IMG/VR virus record: IMGVR_UViG_3300007538_000022
Coordinates: 26,275-90,274 of that record
Direction: 5' to 3' (one strand)
DNA from: a virus
DNA length: 64,000 bases
The translations under genes were made by a program, and so were the position numbers. Shown in pieces: positions 11,601 through 20,660 of the stretch (positions within the stretch are counted from its first letter, which is position 1; each line of letters begins with the position of its first letter). Under the pieces are notes generated by a model. That model ran no database searches. It was not told the origin of the DNA and worked only from the letters and a program-made list of their open reading frames with translations.

Positions 11601-14600
11601 TTCATCAAAGACTATAGCAGTTGACGGTCTAATTGCTATTAATTCTTGTGATTTAATATCTGAAATTATATGTGTTTGATTTCTTCTATAATTTATTATT
11701 TTACCATATGGAACATTTTCTAATAAACCGTTACGACTAAATTGAGTTTCGCTAGTAGAAAAATTCAATTTATATACACGACCGTCAAACATCGGAGTCG
11801 ACGCTTCAACTTTAATAGTACCTGCAATTGAAAATGCTGTAATAATTCCAGTTAATGCTACAGGATCACCATTATCAATTTCAGTTACTGTAATAATAGC
11901 ATCATGTTCTACACTAGTACCTCCTAATAAGTTACCGTCAACTGTAATAGTATCTCCTACTGTAAAGTTTGTACCGTTTGAAATTATATCTGCAGAATAC
12001 CCATTGTGAATAGTTTTATAAATTGTAAATACTGCATTGTTAGCAAGAGGATTAGTTACATCTTTAGTAACTGGAATCGATGTTCCTACATTTTCGTATC
12101 TTCCTACACACGCATTAGTTTTTTCTACGTTTGCTACTTCGTATCTAGCAAAGATTTGTTTAGTTTCATGATATATGTCAAATTCAGATCTTGATGATGG
12201 AACATCTTTAAAATCGAATGCATACAAGAACAATTTTTCCAATTGGTTTGTGTACCCATCTGGATCAATTGAAACTGGCACACTGTTTGCACCTAATGCT
12301 ACAGAAGTAGGAGCTCCAAGTGCTGTTTCAGTAATTTCCAATTCATTAGTTAAATCAAATGCTCCTTGAACATTGATAAGATAAATTACAGTTGACCCTG
12401 AAGTATCGCTTGAATCAACTACAACTGTGCCGAAAGCACCGCTACTCACTTGCGTTAATACTTGCCCTTGTTCAACTACTACACCCCCAGATAATGTTAA
12501 AATAACATTAGCATTAAAAGTTCTAGCTGATTGAACCATATCTTGAGCTAGAAAAATATCATCTGGAATTTCATTTGGGTCAAACCCATCTGCTACTAAT
12601 CCATATTCACCGTAACAACTTGAACTAGACAAAGACCTAATTTGTGATCCATTTTTTGAATAGTATGATGCCCAGCAATAATATGTAAACATTGATACTA
12701 GTTCTGACAATGCCCCATTAGCAACTACTAATCCATAACCTAAATCGTTAATATTAGTAAAGTCATTACCTAATATTGATCTATTACCTGCAGTTTGCAA
12801 TGTAATAGGAATTGGACTAGATAAATCATTTAAGTTAACACCTGTAGATAAACTACTAGTTACTCCAGAAAAACCAAGATTGTTATTTGAACTATAATCT
12901 AATTTTAATTCTGCTATACCTAAATCTGGATCATATTGTGCAATTGCATTAACTTGAAATCGTTTTCCATCTATATAAAACACGCTAGGTGTTTCAGGTC
13001 TACGGACGAATAATCCTTGTGGTTCTGCTTGAGATCCATAACTCTGAACCATAATTCTAAATGGATCTCCATCTATTTTTTCATATACTTGAACAGCAGT
13101 ATTTCCCACAAATGCATCTACAAAGATACCACCACTGAATGATTGTTTGTTTGATGATTTTGAAAACGACGAAGATCCTTGAATATATGGTGATTTTGTT
13201 AATACTTGGCCTTCAGGATCAAGTACTCCCATAAATCCTCCATGACCGTGAACTGATATGTTCCTAATCATAGTTGCATCATTTAATAAAAATACATCTA
13301 AGTCTTTATTGTTTAGTGGAGGATTATATTCACCATCAAACCAATAAACAATAGTATCTATTAAATTTTCAGTTGCAGCATAAACACCGTCAATTTCTCT
13401 CCAATAATTAATACTTTCTAAATAATCAAATTCTAATGATGACGTATGTGTTTTTGTTGCAACATAATAGTAATATACACCCGATGCTAAAACTTTAACA
13501 ACTTCTTTTTCTTTATAAAGCGTACTTGGAGCCCATTCAAACGGATCAGCAATTCCTAATGAAATATCGTGATCGTATGTTTTAGTTGATTCAGTTCCAT
13601 ATGTTAATACCGGTTCTTCTGCGTTGTACAATTGTGTTAATAGCGTGTTTATAAAACGAATTGAATTATTAATTTCAGAAGTTGCATTATAACGATTCGC
13701 AATATCGTAGAATTTTCCTTGAAGTTCTAAAGCATATTCATTGCCACCGTTATTTAAATCATTAATTAATCCATCAATAATAAGACCTATATTTTTGAAA
13801 AAGATCGATCTTGAATAATCTCCAGATAGTACATATGCAGGGAAAAAATATTCTACATAATTTGTAGCTTGTTCCTGTAAAAAAAGTTTGTTAACACGAA
13901 TAATTTCAGTAGCAGCTACCCATCTTCCAACATTCTCATAGACACTGCCAACATTTTTAGTCAATGCTGGATCAGTGAGATAATGTCTGCCAAAGTATCC
14001 GTCAACTCGTTGAGTTAACGGATTTATATATTCAACACCATTTGGAACTTTAGTAACAGTTAACACAATATCTGCAGCACCGTTGTTACCTAATTGTGCA
14101 TCTTTTATAAATATTCTTTCATCTTTTTGAAATGATGTTCCAAACTCTAATATTTCTACATTTGAAATCTCACCTCCGCTTCCTACTGTTATTCTAAATA
14201 CTGCATCTTTTCCAAAAAACTCTGAAATGTAAGAACTTACAGTATATGTACCGGGTATGCGATATACATCAGTTTGAGCATCGTATGTAATAGTTTCTAT
14301 ATTACTTTTACCTAATACCATACCGTCAAATTCTGCATCACGATAAAAATACATATCAGCCCAAATAGATTGAGATATTCTATTTTTAGGTTTAATAACA
14401 CATCTACGTAATTCGTCCCCGCAGATTGATACATTCGGAGGTAATCGTATAGGGAAATCTTCTTCATATACGCCAGATTCAACAAATATAGCAATATGAT
14501 TATTTCTTACAATATTACCATATTCCAGTTCTTCGCCATTTTCAAACTCAATTGGTTCTAATAGCTGAACATCTATCTCATCTGTTTCAAGTAAACTAAC

Positions 14601-16508
14601 TGCTCTAGGCCCTGCTTCGTACTTATAGTCGATGATTCTGCCAACAGCTCCTGAAAGTTTTCCTCTAACTATTTTCCCAGGTATAATGTCTGTATTAATT
14701 GGATCTGCTTGGTCAACATGACCATTATTGCCATTGGATAAATTAATTTTATATGTAGTTCCACCGTCAATAACACCAGGCGCTCCTAATACTCCAGATT
14801 CGATTACAGTTAATACTACGTTAAATTTCGCTTCTATTACAGATGCTGCTTGTAAGTCAGGTACTACAGTTTCATTTATATACTGTGTATACTTTGTTTG
14901 ATACATAGTATCTACCGCAGTATTTGTTAAAATATAGTCTACTACTAAATCTCTTACAAATTCAATACTAGCAACAGTTTGTACTTTTTGTCTACTAATT
15001 GCATTCCTAGAACTAATATTTGAGTAGTATCGAATGCCAGCCCATCGAGATAAGTAATTAGCATTGTTTCCAGATAACGAGTCTAATGATACACTTTCTA
15101 AAATTAATTCTATATCTCTCTGACATAGCTCAATATCGTAATTGTCAGAAAAACTTGGATAAGTAGATTTTATAAATCCAATAACTTCATTCACAATAAA
15201 CACTTTATTTTTTAAAATAAGTGTTCTAGAATTATTACGACCGGAAATTGGGGAGCTCATTCCTGATGTAATAATAGTCGAATTATTGCTATTATTACCA
15301 TATGTAATTGTTTGTATATAAGGGCCGGGCTCGTATGGAGTTGCTAGTATAAGTTCTTCTGCTTTTCTAGCAGCAGCGTTTATTGTTCGATATGCATAGC
15401 CGGGTGATCTTCCTTCTCTACCTATAGGAGTTGACAGTTGACGATCGTCTCCGGATGTGTTTACAAATAGATTAACATTGCTAGTTACTGCAGCATTGTC
15501 AACATATAATTTAGTAGCTGCTTGCAAATCAGTAGCATCGTTAGGAGTTCCTGTGCCGGACAAATCGCCAGGATGATCTGATAAGTACAATGGTCCTTCC
15601 ATTGTATCTCCTTGGCGCCGTACAACTGCATATCTTGGAAGTACAGAATTAGATAACCAGTTTCCTAATAGCGACGGATCGTAGTACAAGTCTGTTAACG
15701 TAAATTCTCCAGTTCCGCCAGTTAATAATATTCTATTAACATTATTAATAGCATCTTCTGCAGAAGAATATAATCCAATATTGTTTTCATCTTGTATACG
15801 TATATAATATATTTCACCTGAAACTACACCTGCAGGATCTGAACCTGATGAGTTAAAAATGTAAGCTCCGCCGGTATATTCAGAAGTTAATCCATGATCT
15901 TGAATGTATAAATATCCAGATGAAATTGTAGATGTAGTTAAAATATAATTACTAGTATCTTGAGGTTCATCACCTATCCTAATTCCACTTCCTGAAATTT
16001 GTTTTTTTTGATATGTTTGATCTGCATACCCTTTGTTAATAACTAATGCATCTAACGTGAAATCAGTATTATGAACATTGTTAAACAAGTCAATAGCATC
16101 AGATGATACTTCTACATTTGCAATAGCATACGAATTTGCATTAAGTGGGCTTGATAATTCTGCTTTCGGGTCGTTACTTAATTTTGATGAAAGTTGACGT
16201 ACTATTAATTTTCCATCAACTGTAAAATCAAAACCAATAGTATCGGCTGTATTATCTAATGCGCTGTTACTTGCTAGTTCTAAGAAAGTTAATCCTGACC
16301 CGTCTGATTTTACAATAACTGCTTTATTTTCATTATTATTATATGCATCAGGAACATCGCCTAAATCAGTAAATGATATCTGGCCTCCTATACCAAAAAC
16401 AGCATACAATTCGTTAAAATTTTCATTTACTTTTCTAAATGATTCTCGTATACTATCTCCGGTACCGTCATTACCTTCAACACCGATATCAATTTCTTGT
16501 TTTGCCAT
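8649..16508 (-). CDS. Giant (2619 aa) tail fibre/baseplate structural protein with C-terminal intramolecular-chaperone (Peptidase G2-like) domain
   Basis: N-terminal NDGTGDSIRESFRKVNENFNELY; AATKxYVD fibre motifs; C-terminal ARYADLAENY...ALQGRVMCKVVG...GTIIGKAL. Confidence 0.75.
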   Translation of the reverse strand: MAKQEIDIGVEGNDGTGDSIRESFRKVNENFNELYAVFGIGGQISFTDLGDVPDAYNNNENKAVIVKSDGSGLTFLELASNSALDNTADTIGFDFTVDGKLIVRQLSSKLSNDPKAELSSPLNANSYAIANVEVSSDAIDLFNNVHNTDFTLDALVINKGYADQTYQKKQISGSGIRIGDEPQDTSNYILTTSTISSGYLYIQDHGLTSEYTGGAYIFNSSGSDPAGVVSGEIYYIRIQDENNIGLYSSAEDAINNVNRILLTGGTGEFTLTDLYYDPSLLGNWLSNSVLPRYAVVRRQGDTMEGPLYLSDHPGDLSGTGTPNDATDLQAATKLYVDNAAVTSNVNLFVNTSGDDRQLSTPIGREGRSPGYAYRTINAAARKAEELILATPYEPGPYIQTITYGNNSNNSTIITSGMSSPISGRNNSRTLILKNKVFIVNEVIGFIKSTYPSFSDNYDIELCQRDIELILESVSLDSLSGNNANYLSRWAGIRYYSNISSRNAISRQKVQTVASIEFVRDLVVDYILTNTAVDTMYQTKYTQYINETVVPDLQAASVIEAKFNVVLTVIESGVLGAPGVIDGGTTYKINLSNGNNGHVDQADPINTDIIPGKIVRGKLSGAVGRIIDYKYEAGPRAVSLLETDEIDVQLLEPIEFENGEELEYGNIVRNNHIAIFVESGVYEEDFPIRLPPNVSICGDELRRCVIKPKNRISQSIWADMYFYRDAEFDGMVLGKSNIETITYDAQTDVYRIPGTYTVSSYISEFFGKDAVFRITVGSGGEISNVEILEFGTSFQKDERIFIKDAQLGNNGAADIVLTVTKVPNGVEYINPLTQRVDGYFGRHYLTDPALTKNVGSVYENVGRWVAATEIIRVNKLFLQEQATNYVEYFFPAYVLSGDYSRSIFFKNIGLIIDGLINDLNNGGNEYALELQGKFYDIANRYNATSEINNSIRFINTLLTQLYNAEEPVLTYGTESTKTYDHDISLGIADPFEWAPSTLYKEKEVVKVLASGVYYYYVATKTHTSSLEFDYLESINYWREIDGVYAATENLIDTIVYWFDGEYNPPLNNKDLDVFLLNDATMIRNISVHGHGGFMGVLDPEGQVLTKSPYIQGSSSFSKSSNKQSFSGGIFVDAFVGNTAVQVYEKIDGDPFRIMVQSYGSQAEPQGLFVRRPETPSVFYIDGKRFQVNAIAQYDPDLGIAELKLDYSSNNNLGFSGVTSSLSTGVNLNDLSSPIPITLQTAGNRSILGNDFTNINDLGYGLVVANGALSELVSMFTYYCWASYYSKNGSQIRSLSSSSCYGEYGLVADGFDPNEIPDDIFLAQDMVQSARTFNANVILTLSGGVVVEQGQVLTQVSSGAFGTVVVDSSDTSGSTVIYLINVQGAFDLTNELEITETALGAPTSVALGANSVPVSIDPDGYTNQLEKLFLYAFDFKDVPSSRSEFDIYHETKQIFARYEVANVEKTNACVGRYENVGTSIPVTKDVTNPLANNAVFTIYKTIHNGYSADIISNGTNFTVGDTITVDGNLLGGTSVEHDAIITVTEIDNGDPVALTGIITAFSIAGTIKVEASTPMFDGRVYKLNFSTSETQFSRNGLLENVPYGKIINYRRNQTHIISDIKSQELIAIRPSTAIVFDENTDTVYRSISFLTSDSIGNELPDGTAQVSFDEGYDYIRLIIDSARAQTSELAGSGTTKGATIGDVRLALQPVSDTNEIYRLNNNSKTPEGFRPLGWRPETLVEAPIISWGGKTHYVFNYRGVDSEGNEVPVSENIAYALVDLEDIETINQTDSTGIALPVIYGSENITIRAGLKANQTGNITVGISTCRVTGHDFLDIGTGSYNNTNFPNVIFGSPSEKDSSKEVTEINKGRVFYTSTDQDGVFRAGRFFSVDQGTGTVSFAANIALSDVDGLGFKRGVVITEFSTDTAMADNASDTVPTESAVRGYINRRLGFDTNGNVIVNKIGPGAIAADGSTILTGDLNAGSNTITNLKAPTNDSDVATKIYVDDLILANSSSELLADMNDVDITNISNGQLLISTGYKKIFVISGSIVNGPFEVNDQMVGSVTGAVGTILGTRDFQSLGTNLTEIIYTPVSGVFSDGKPEGDSPAVDTVQVVGGAEAVILSGPVDEWANAVHDNLSDISFTNINTLTVVNNEVTEKYSTINFQIKPNTIVNSDVSATAGIVQSKLLLNAATTRSNATGLTQSELGVASFNSTVFTASNGWISLADNGIDFNKIARIENNKVLGNWANDTGSAHIEQISFSTVVTEGGALLPSNFTTEIPAAQDPGSALVKLSTGTFGISNISITGEANSLVKTNTNGSVHARSLIIGNDSSYEVMSLTGTMLNLKTPSQGLILTAVGGSGGTSPTYPDVTFYGNLSIGDDAGSQSVLQSLSTYNNQSFLSTNWIYSSFIEAQEEKTAASTGIALGAGTGKTTAGQVAIVTANTGSNSSVTPFIFDRTGVKPDTTNVYNIGASNLVYNTVYATLFNGTATTARYADLAENYLADNYYTFGTVLIFGGEYELTTTNIKSDTRVAGIVSENPAHLMNSSLDGNFVIPLALQGRVMCKVVGKVKKGDLLVSSSISEYACAIDSAIPGTIIGKALTNKFDTERGMIEVVVGKH

Positions 16509-16631
16509 TATTTTGCTCCATTAAAATCTGTATATTTATTAGAAATATGTTTAATATATTTATCTGGGATGCGTACTTGCTGCATTCTGCAAATACTAGC
16601 AAAAATAATGTATAGTAGTTATATTATGAAA

Positions 16632-16659
16632 AGAGATAGGCGTACTTGCACTATCTCTT
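16632..16659 (-). terminator. Probable intrinsic terminator downstream of the 16688-17020 gene
   Basis: AGAGATAG...CTATCTCT stem followed by TTTT on the minus strand. Confidence 0.55.
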
Positions 16660-16687
16660 AATAAAGAAAGGTATTTAAAATTATTTT

Positions 16688-17020
16688 TTATGCAGCAGTA
16701 CCTGTATCTGTTTTAGATACAGATTTAGTCTTTGATGCTGTTTTAGACTTAGATGTTGCTCTAGGTTTAGATTTTGCTCTGGGTTTGGGTTTAGGTTTTT
16801 CTACAATATTTGGGACTAATTTTTCTATAAATTGTATTTTTTCTTTTTTCCACATAGTCCATAAGCTATAACCTATACCAAAGTATGCAACATACTGGGT
16901 AAACTCTTGAACAATTAAAAATGCAACACATGCTGACAATAATATTAATCCGTCTAATGTAGTGCGTTCTTTAGATCGTTCAATAATCCAATTTTTCATA
17001 TTAATTAATGTTTGTTTCAT
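16688..17020 (-). CDS. Small membrane protein with basic C-terminal tail (holin-like candidate)
   Basis: Two hydrophobic segments followed by a K/P/S-rich tail; own CTAAATA late promoter at 17048-17054. Confidence 0.5.
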   Translation of the reverse strand: MKQTLINMKNWIIERSKERTTLDGLILLSACVAFLIVQEFTQYVAYFGIGYSLWTMWKKEKIQFIEKLVPNIVEKPKPKPRAKSKPRATSKSKTASKTKSVSKTDTGTAA

Positions 17021-17060
17021 TATTACTCCTTGCTGATGTTATAATCGTATTTAGTTCTCA

Positions 17061-17522
17061 TTATTTAAATGGATTTGTCGAATTATAAGAAAGCAATTCT
17101 TTTATGTTAATCCGTTTTGCCTTTGATCCAGATTGCTGTGTTATTATGTTTGGAAATTCGTCTTTAGACTTAACTCTATTGTTAGCTGGCAAACGTAGTA
17201 TTATTGGCATTTTAGATATATTTGATTTTTTAATCATAGTAGCTCTTGCTCGTCCTTCATGATCATAAACTTTGCCATCTATAGTTATATCTAAAGTAGG
17301 TAACCAATCGCTTGTAAATTTTTCATTATCAAATTGCCCGTACTGTAATGCACGGTCTGATGCTTGTCCGTTGCTATCGTCTGCAAGAAATAAAAAGTCA
17401 TCTGGAGATATTTCAGCAACCGCAGCCCTAGATCGATCATCTGGATAGACGTTATTCTTAATCTCTTTTTTCCATTGCTGATCTGAAATATAGATTCGAT
17501 TAGTTATTTCTACAATCTTCAT
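17061..17522 (-). CDS. ParB/Srx-fold-like putative internal virion protein
   Basis: LPTL...VYDHEGRARA...MPI resembles the ParB-N GxHR region; CTS-like start MKIVEI. Confidence 0.5.
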   Translation of the reverse strand: MKIVEITNRIYISDQQWKKEIKNNVYPDDRSRAAVAEISPDDFLFLADDSNGQASDRALQYGQFDNEKFTSDWLPTLDITIDGKVYDHEGRARATMIKKSNISKMPIILRLPANNRVKSKDEFPNIITQQSGSKAKRINIKELLSYNSTNPFK

Positions 17523-18368
17523 TTATGATCCAGATTTTGCAGTTGCAGTAGAAGTATTGTTAGCAACAGTTGTATTCATAGAGGAAACATATTTGTTATA
17601 CTTATTAGTTCGATCGTCTAACCCATTTAAGCTACTGTTAATACGTTTAGTTACTTGTTTAATATCTGTAAAATCAGTTACATGTGGTCTTACTCTTTTT
17701 TTCCAATACATTATAGCAACTTTTGCAGCAGTTTCAGGTTCAGATAATTTATTTGCATTTGTCCAAGTACTAGTAAAATCGTCACCTAACAATTTACCCA
17801 TCCAATTATAGTTCCATCTACCAGTAAGTTGAAAATAACCTCTACCGATAAATCGTTTTGCATCATTTAAATTTTTATTACCTAAACTTTTATTTTTTAA
17901 ATAACTTTTAATCCTAGGATTAGTTTCAACCATTCTAGTAAAATTTTGGCATTCGTGTGCTGCTTGTGCCATAAATGCTGCTAATTCTGTTCCTTTGATT
18001 CCAGCTTTTTTCGCAGCATCTAACAATGTTTTTTCACTGGGCTGCTTAGTTAATAATTTAACAGTAGCTGCTTGTTTAGTAGTCTTTACTGTTTTAGGCT
18101 GATCTGCATTTGATTTAGGTGTACTTTTAGACACTGAGTCTATCTTGGGAGATTTTTCTTGAGATGTTGGATTTCTAATTTTATCCAATTCTTCTTGCGA
18201 ATAAGTTTGATAAGTAGGGTCTTTAGTAAAGTCTGGATGATTATAGTCTTTAACTTTCATTAACCCAGCACCTGCTCCTGCAGTAACTGCTGCACCAATC
18301 CCTAAACTTGCTGCTAAATCCTTCCAACCTTCGTTAATCATGTCGTCAGTTATTTCTATCATTTTCAT
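17523..18368 (-). CDS. GH19 chitinase/lysozyme-family peptidoglycan hydrolase with N-terminal extension
   Basis: AAFMAQAAHE, RFIGRGYFQLTGRWNY, VTKRIN..LNGLDDR. Confidence 0.85.
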   Translation of the reverse strand: MKMIEITDDMINEGWKDLAASLGIGAAVTAGAGAGLMKVKDYNHPDFTKDPTYQTYSQEELDKIRNPTSQEKSPKIDSVSKSTPKSNADQPKTVKTTKQAATVKLLTKQPSEKTLLDAAKKAGIKGTELAAFMAQAAHECQNFTRMVETNPRIKSYLKNKSLGNKNLNDAKRFIGRGYFQLTGRWNYNWMGKLLGDDFTSTWTNANKLSEPETAAKVAIMYWKKRVRPHVTDFTDIKQVTKRINSSLNGLDDRTNKYNKYVSSMNTTVANNTSTATAKSGS

Positions 18369-18380
18369 ATTGGTATTCCG

Positions 18381-18629
18381 TTATGTTTGCCGTATACTAT
18401 ACATTTTTTTCTCTATTCGACTTAATGCTTCGCGTTGTACTCGTAATTGTGCTTCAAGTGCTTGAACATATCGTTGAGTAGGTATTTTTTGAATAACTCC
18501 ATTTTCTCCTAGTAGCTCAAAATGGTCTACTCCTTGCCCTTTTAACCCACCTGCAACTCTGTTAGGATTTTTAGTATCAGTGGAAGACTGCTGGTGTTTT
18601 TTTCCATACATTGTATTTAAATAATTCAT
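18381..18629 (-). CDS. Hypothetical protein with C-terminal coiled coil
   Basis: 82-aa ORF within the operon. Confidence 0.65.
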   Translation of the reverse strand: MNYLNTMYGKKHQQSSTDTKNPNRVAGGLKGQGVDHFELLGENGVIQKIPTQRYVQALEAQLRVQREALSRIEKKMYSIRQT

Positions 18630-19621
18630 TGTAATTCCTGTTTTTTATCTAAAAGTTGTTTGAGATTATCTCGATAATTTAATAATAACTTGCCGACTAA
18701 CTTATAAAATCGTTTAAATATTTTATATTCTGAATAATTAGTCTTATCAAAATAAGAAGCATAGTTTGCCATTATGCTACTATAATATTCTTCTTTCATA
18801 AAGTTGCCATTTTTAATAAAGATTGATAACCGTTTAAGGTAAAATTTTATATCTTCAATACTAGCATAATTAATATTATCTTCAATTAATTCATGTAAGA
18901 TGTATAATACTGCTTCGTTTGCATATGCTGATATTTCTTGTGGACTAGACAAATATAATTTTAAATCATTTTTGTCCCTTTTACCAGACATAATTGAATC
19001 TATTGCTTTATTAAAGATTTGCTGATCATTAGTTAAATATGATCGATATTCTTTTGATTGTTTATTCTGTTTTAAATCTTGTTGCATATGTACTAATTCA
19101 TGTATAAAAACATAAATTAGTTTTGCAACAGAATTACTTATTTTGTAAATAGGACTTTTAAATTTAATAGATTTAATAGTTTTGTATGCACGTTGGATGT
19201 TATGAATTGTATTAGTTTCATCAAAATCATTTTGATTAAATAATTCTTGTGTAATACTATTTTTTAAATTTTCCAAAATAGCATCAAGTAAATCTATATT
19301 TAATAAAATTTCAGTGTTTGACGCTTGGCCAGGTACTGTTAAATTTTTTGAAAATTGAATCTCTAATGTATCTGCTAATTCCATATTTAATATATGTTTT
19401 GTAAAATATCTAAACTTTTTTATAATATTATTTTTTAAAATCCGTAGTAAAGTTTTATCTAAAAATAAATAAAAATCATCATAAGATATTAATTTTTGAT
19501 TACTATATTGTTGATAGAATATCTCACCAATAGAAGCAACAGTATCATGCAACGCATTGTCAACTAGTGATAACAATTCATCTCTATAATTGCTATATGA
19601 AATTACTTCATGTAGTTTCAT
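18626..19621 (-). CDS. HExxH zinc-metalloprotease-like putative internal protein
   Basis: HELVHMQQ...YLSSPQEISAYANE; start reassigned to ATG 19621 (GGAG RBS, MKLHEV). Confidence 0.6.
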   Translation of the reverse strand: MKLHEVISYSNYRDELLSLVDNALHDTVASIGEIFYQQYSNQKLISYDDFYLFLDKTLLRILKNNIIKKFRYFTKHILNMELADTLEIQFSKNLTVPGQASNTEILLNIDLLDAILENLKNSITQELFNQNDFDETNTIHNIQRAYKTIKSIKFKSPIYKISNSVAKLIYVFIHELVHMQQDLKQNKQSKEYRSYLTNDQQIFNKAIDSIMSGKRDKNDLKLYLSSPQEISAYANEAVLYILHELIEDNINYASIEDIKFYLKRLSIFIKNGNFMKEEYYSSIMANYASYFDKTNYSEYKIFKRFYKLVGKLLLNYRDNLKQLLDKKQELQ

Positions 19622-19693
19622 AATATAATACACTCCGATATACGATCAATTAAACTAGCTCTATATTGTGTTAATTGTTGATATACAATTTTA
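19616..19693. repeat. 78-bp direct repeat, copy 1
   Basis: Identical to 20583-20660 except for one base. Confidence 0.95.
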
Positions 19694-19703
19694 TCGCTGT
19701 GAT

Positions 19704-20588
19704 TCATAAATCCCTCTCTTTGTTAAAATGTGTTGCTAATGATTGGTCAATATAATTGTACGGTTCTTCTCTAGCTGCTGCACGTTTTAAATAACGGTTC
19801 TCAGGGTCTATTTTACTAGTATGTGATAGCATTGCGCTATGTGTTCCAACTTTAGTAGCACCTACTTTAAATATTTTATCTTCAACAAAACTAACGTACT
19901 TAACCTGAGAGTTATTTTCAATAAACTTATTAATTACATCGCCTAAAATTTTGATACATTGCGAATATGCAGCAGTGTCAAATGGCATTTTTTGTTTACC
20001 AGTACCGTAATATTTTTTCCAGTCTGCTGTGAATAAGCCGCCAGACTGTTGTGTGTCATCTGTGAATAATCCGGGATTATCATATTGTGGGAAATCCCCC
20101 CATAAACTACTAGGAACAATTCCTAATGGTTCAGACACTGTTACAAAATAAACCGGATATTTATTATCGTTTATAATTCTGTTATAGCTTTTGTATATTC
20201 CACGAGCAGCATTTGCCCATGGTTTAGTTTTACCACAAGGTACAAATGCTACCATTTTATATTTAGAGGGAACTTCATACTTAACAATTTCTCGATGCCA
20301 GTTAGCAATCTCAGGATGCTTAAATAATGCAAGTGTTTCGCCAGGAGTGTATGCTGTGAGCTCAGGATTAAGCAATGGATTACTAGCTAGACTACGTTGT
20401 ACCAACCATTTTCTAAATTGCGGCCACATTTCTTTTGAAATATATTTAGGAGAACCTAATTGATCTATTTCTGTTTGAGTGAGGTTGGCAAATGCGTTTT
20501 GTTTTTCTTCTGAACTGATATTAGTCGGTGGGGCAATACTTTTGATAGATATTTTTCCTGCTTCCTGTATAAATTCACTTGCTTTCAT
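19704..20588 (-). CDS. DUF5591/archaeosine synthase (ArcS)-like domain protein with CTS-like N-terminus
   Basis: FVPCGKTKPW...VSEPLGIVP...FPQYDNPG; start reassigned to ATG 20588 (MKASEFIQEA). Confidence 0.6.
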   Translation of the reverse strand: MKASEFIQEAGKISIKSIAPPTNISSEEKQNAFANLTQTEIDQLGSPKYISKEMWPQFRKWLVQRSLASNPLLNPELTAYTPGETLALFKHPEIANWHREIVKYEVPSKYKMVAFVPCGKTKPWANAARGIYKSYNRIINDNKYPVYFVTVSEPLGIVPSSLWGDFPQYDNPGLFTDDTQQSGGLFTADWKKYYGTGKQKMPFDTAAYSQCIKILGDVINKFIENNSQVKYVSFVEDKIFKVGATKVGTHSAMLSHTSKIDPENRYLKRAAAREEPYNYIDQSLATHFNKERDL

Positions 20589-20660
20589 AATATAATTCAC
20601 TCCGATATACGATCAATTAAACTAGCTCTATATTGTGTTAATTGTTGATATACAATTTTA
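20583..20660. repeat. 78-bp direct repeat, copy 2
   Basis: Covers the last codons of the 20597-21637 gene, the RBS and ATG AAA. Confidence 0.95.

Noticed and set aside
16571-16649. GCGTACTTGC 10-bp direct repeat in an intergenic region
   Set aside because: Only two copies, one inside a terminator hairpin; too little to call
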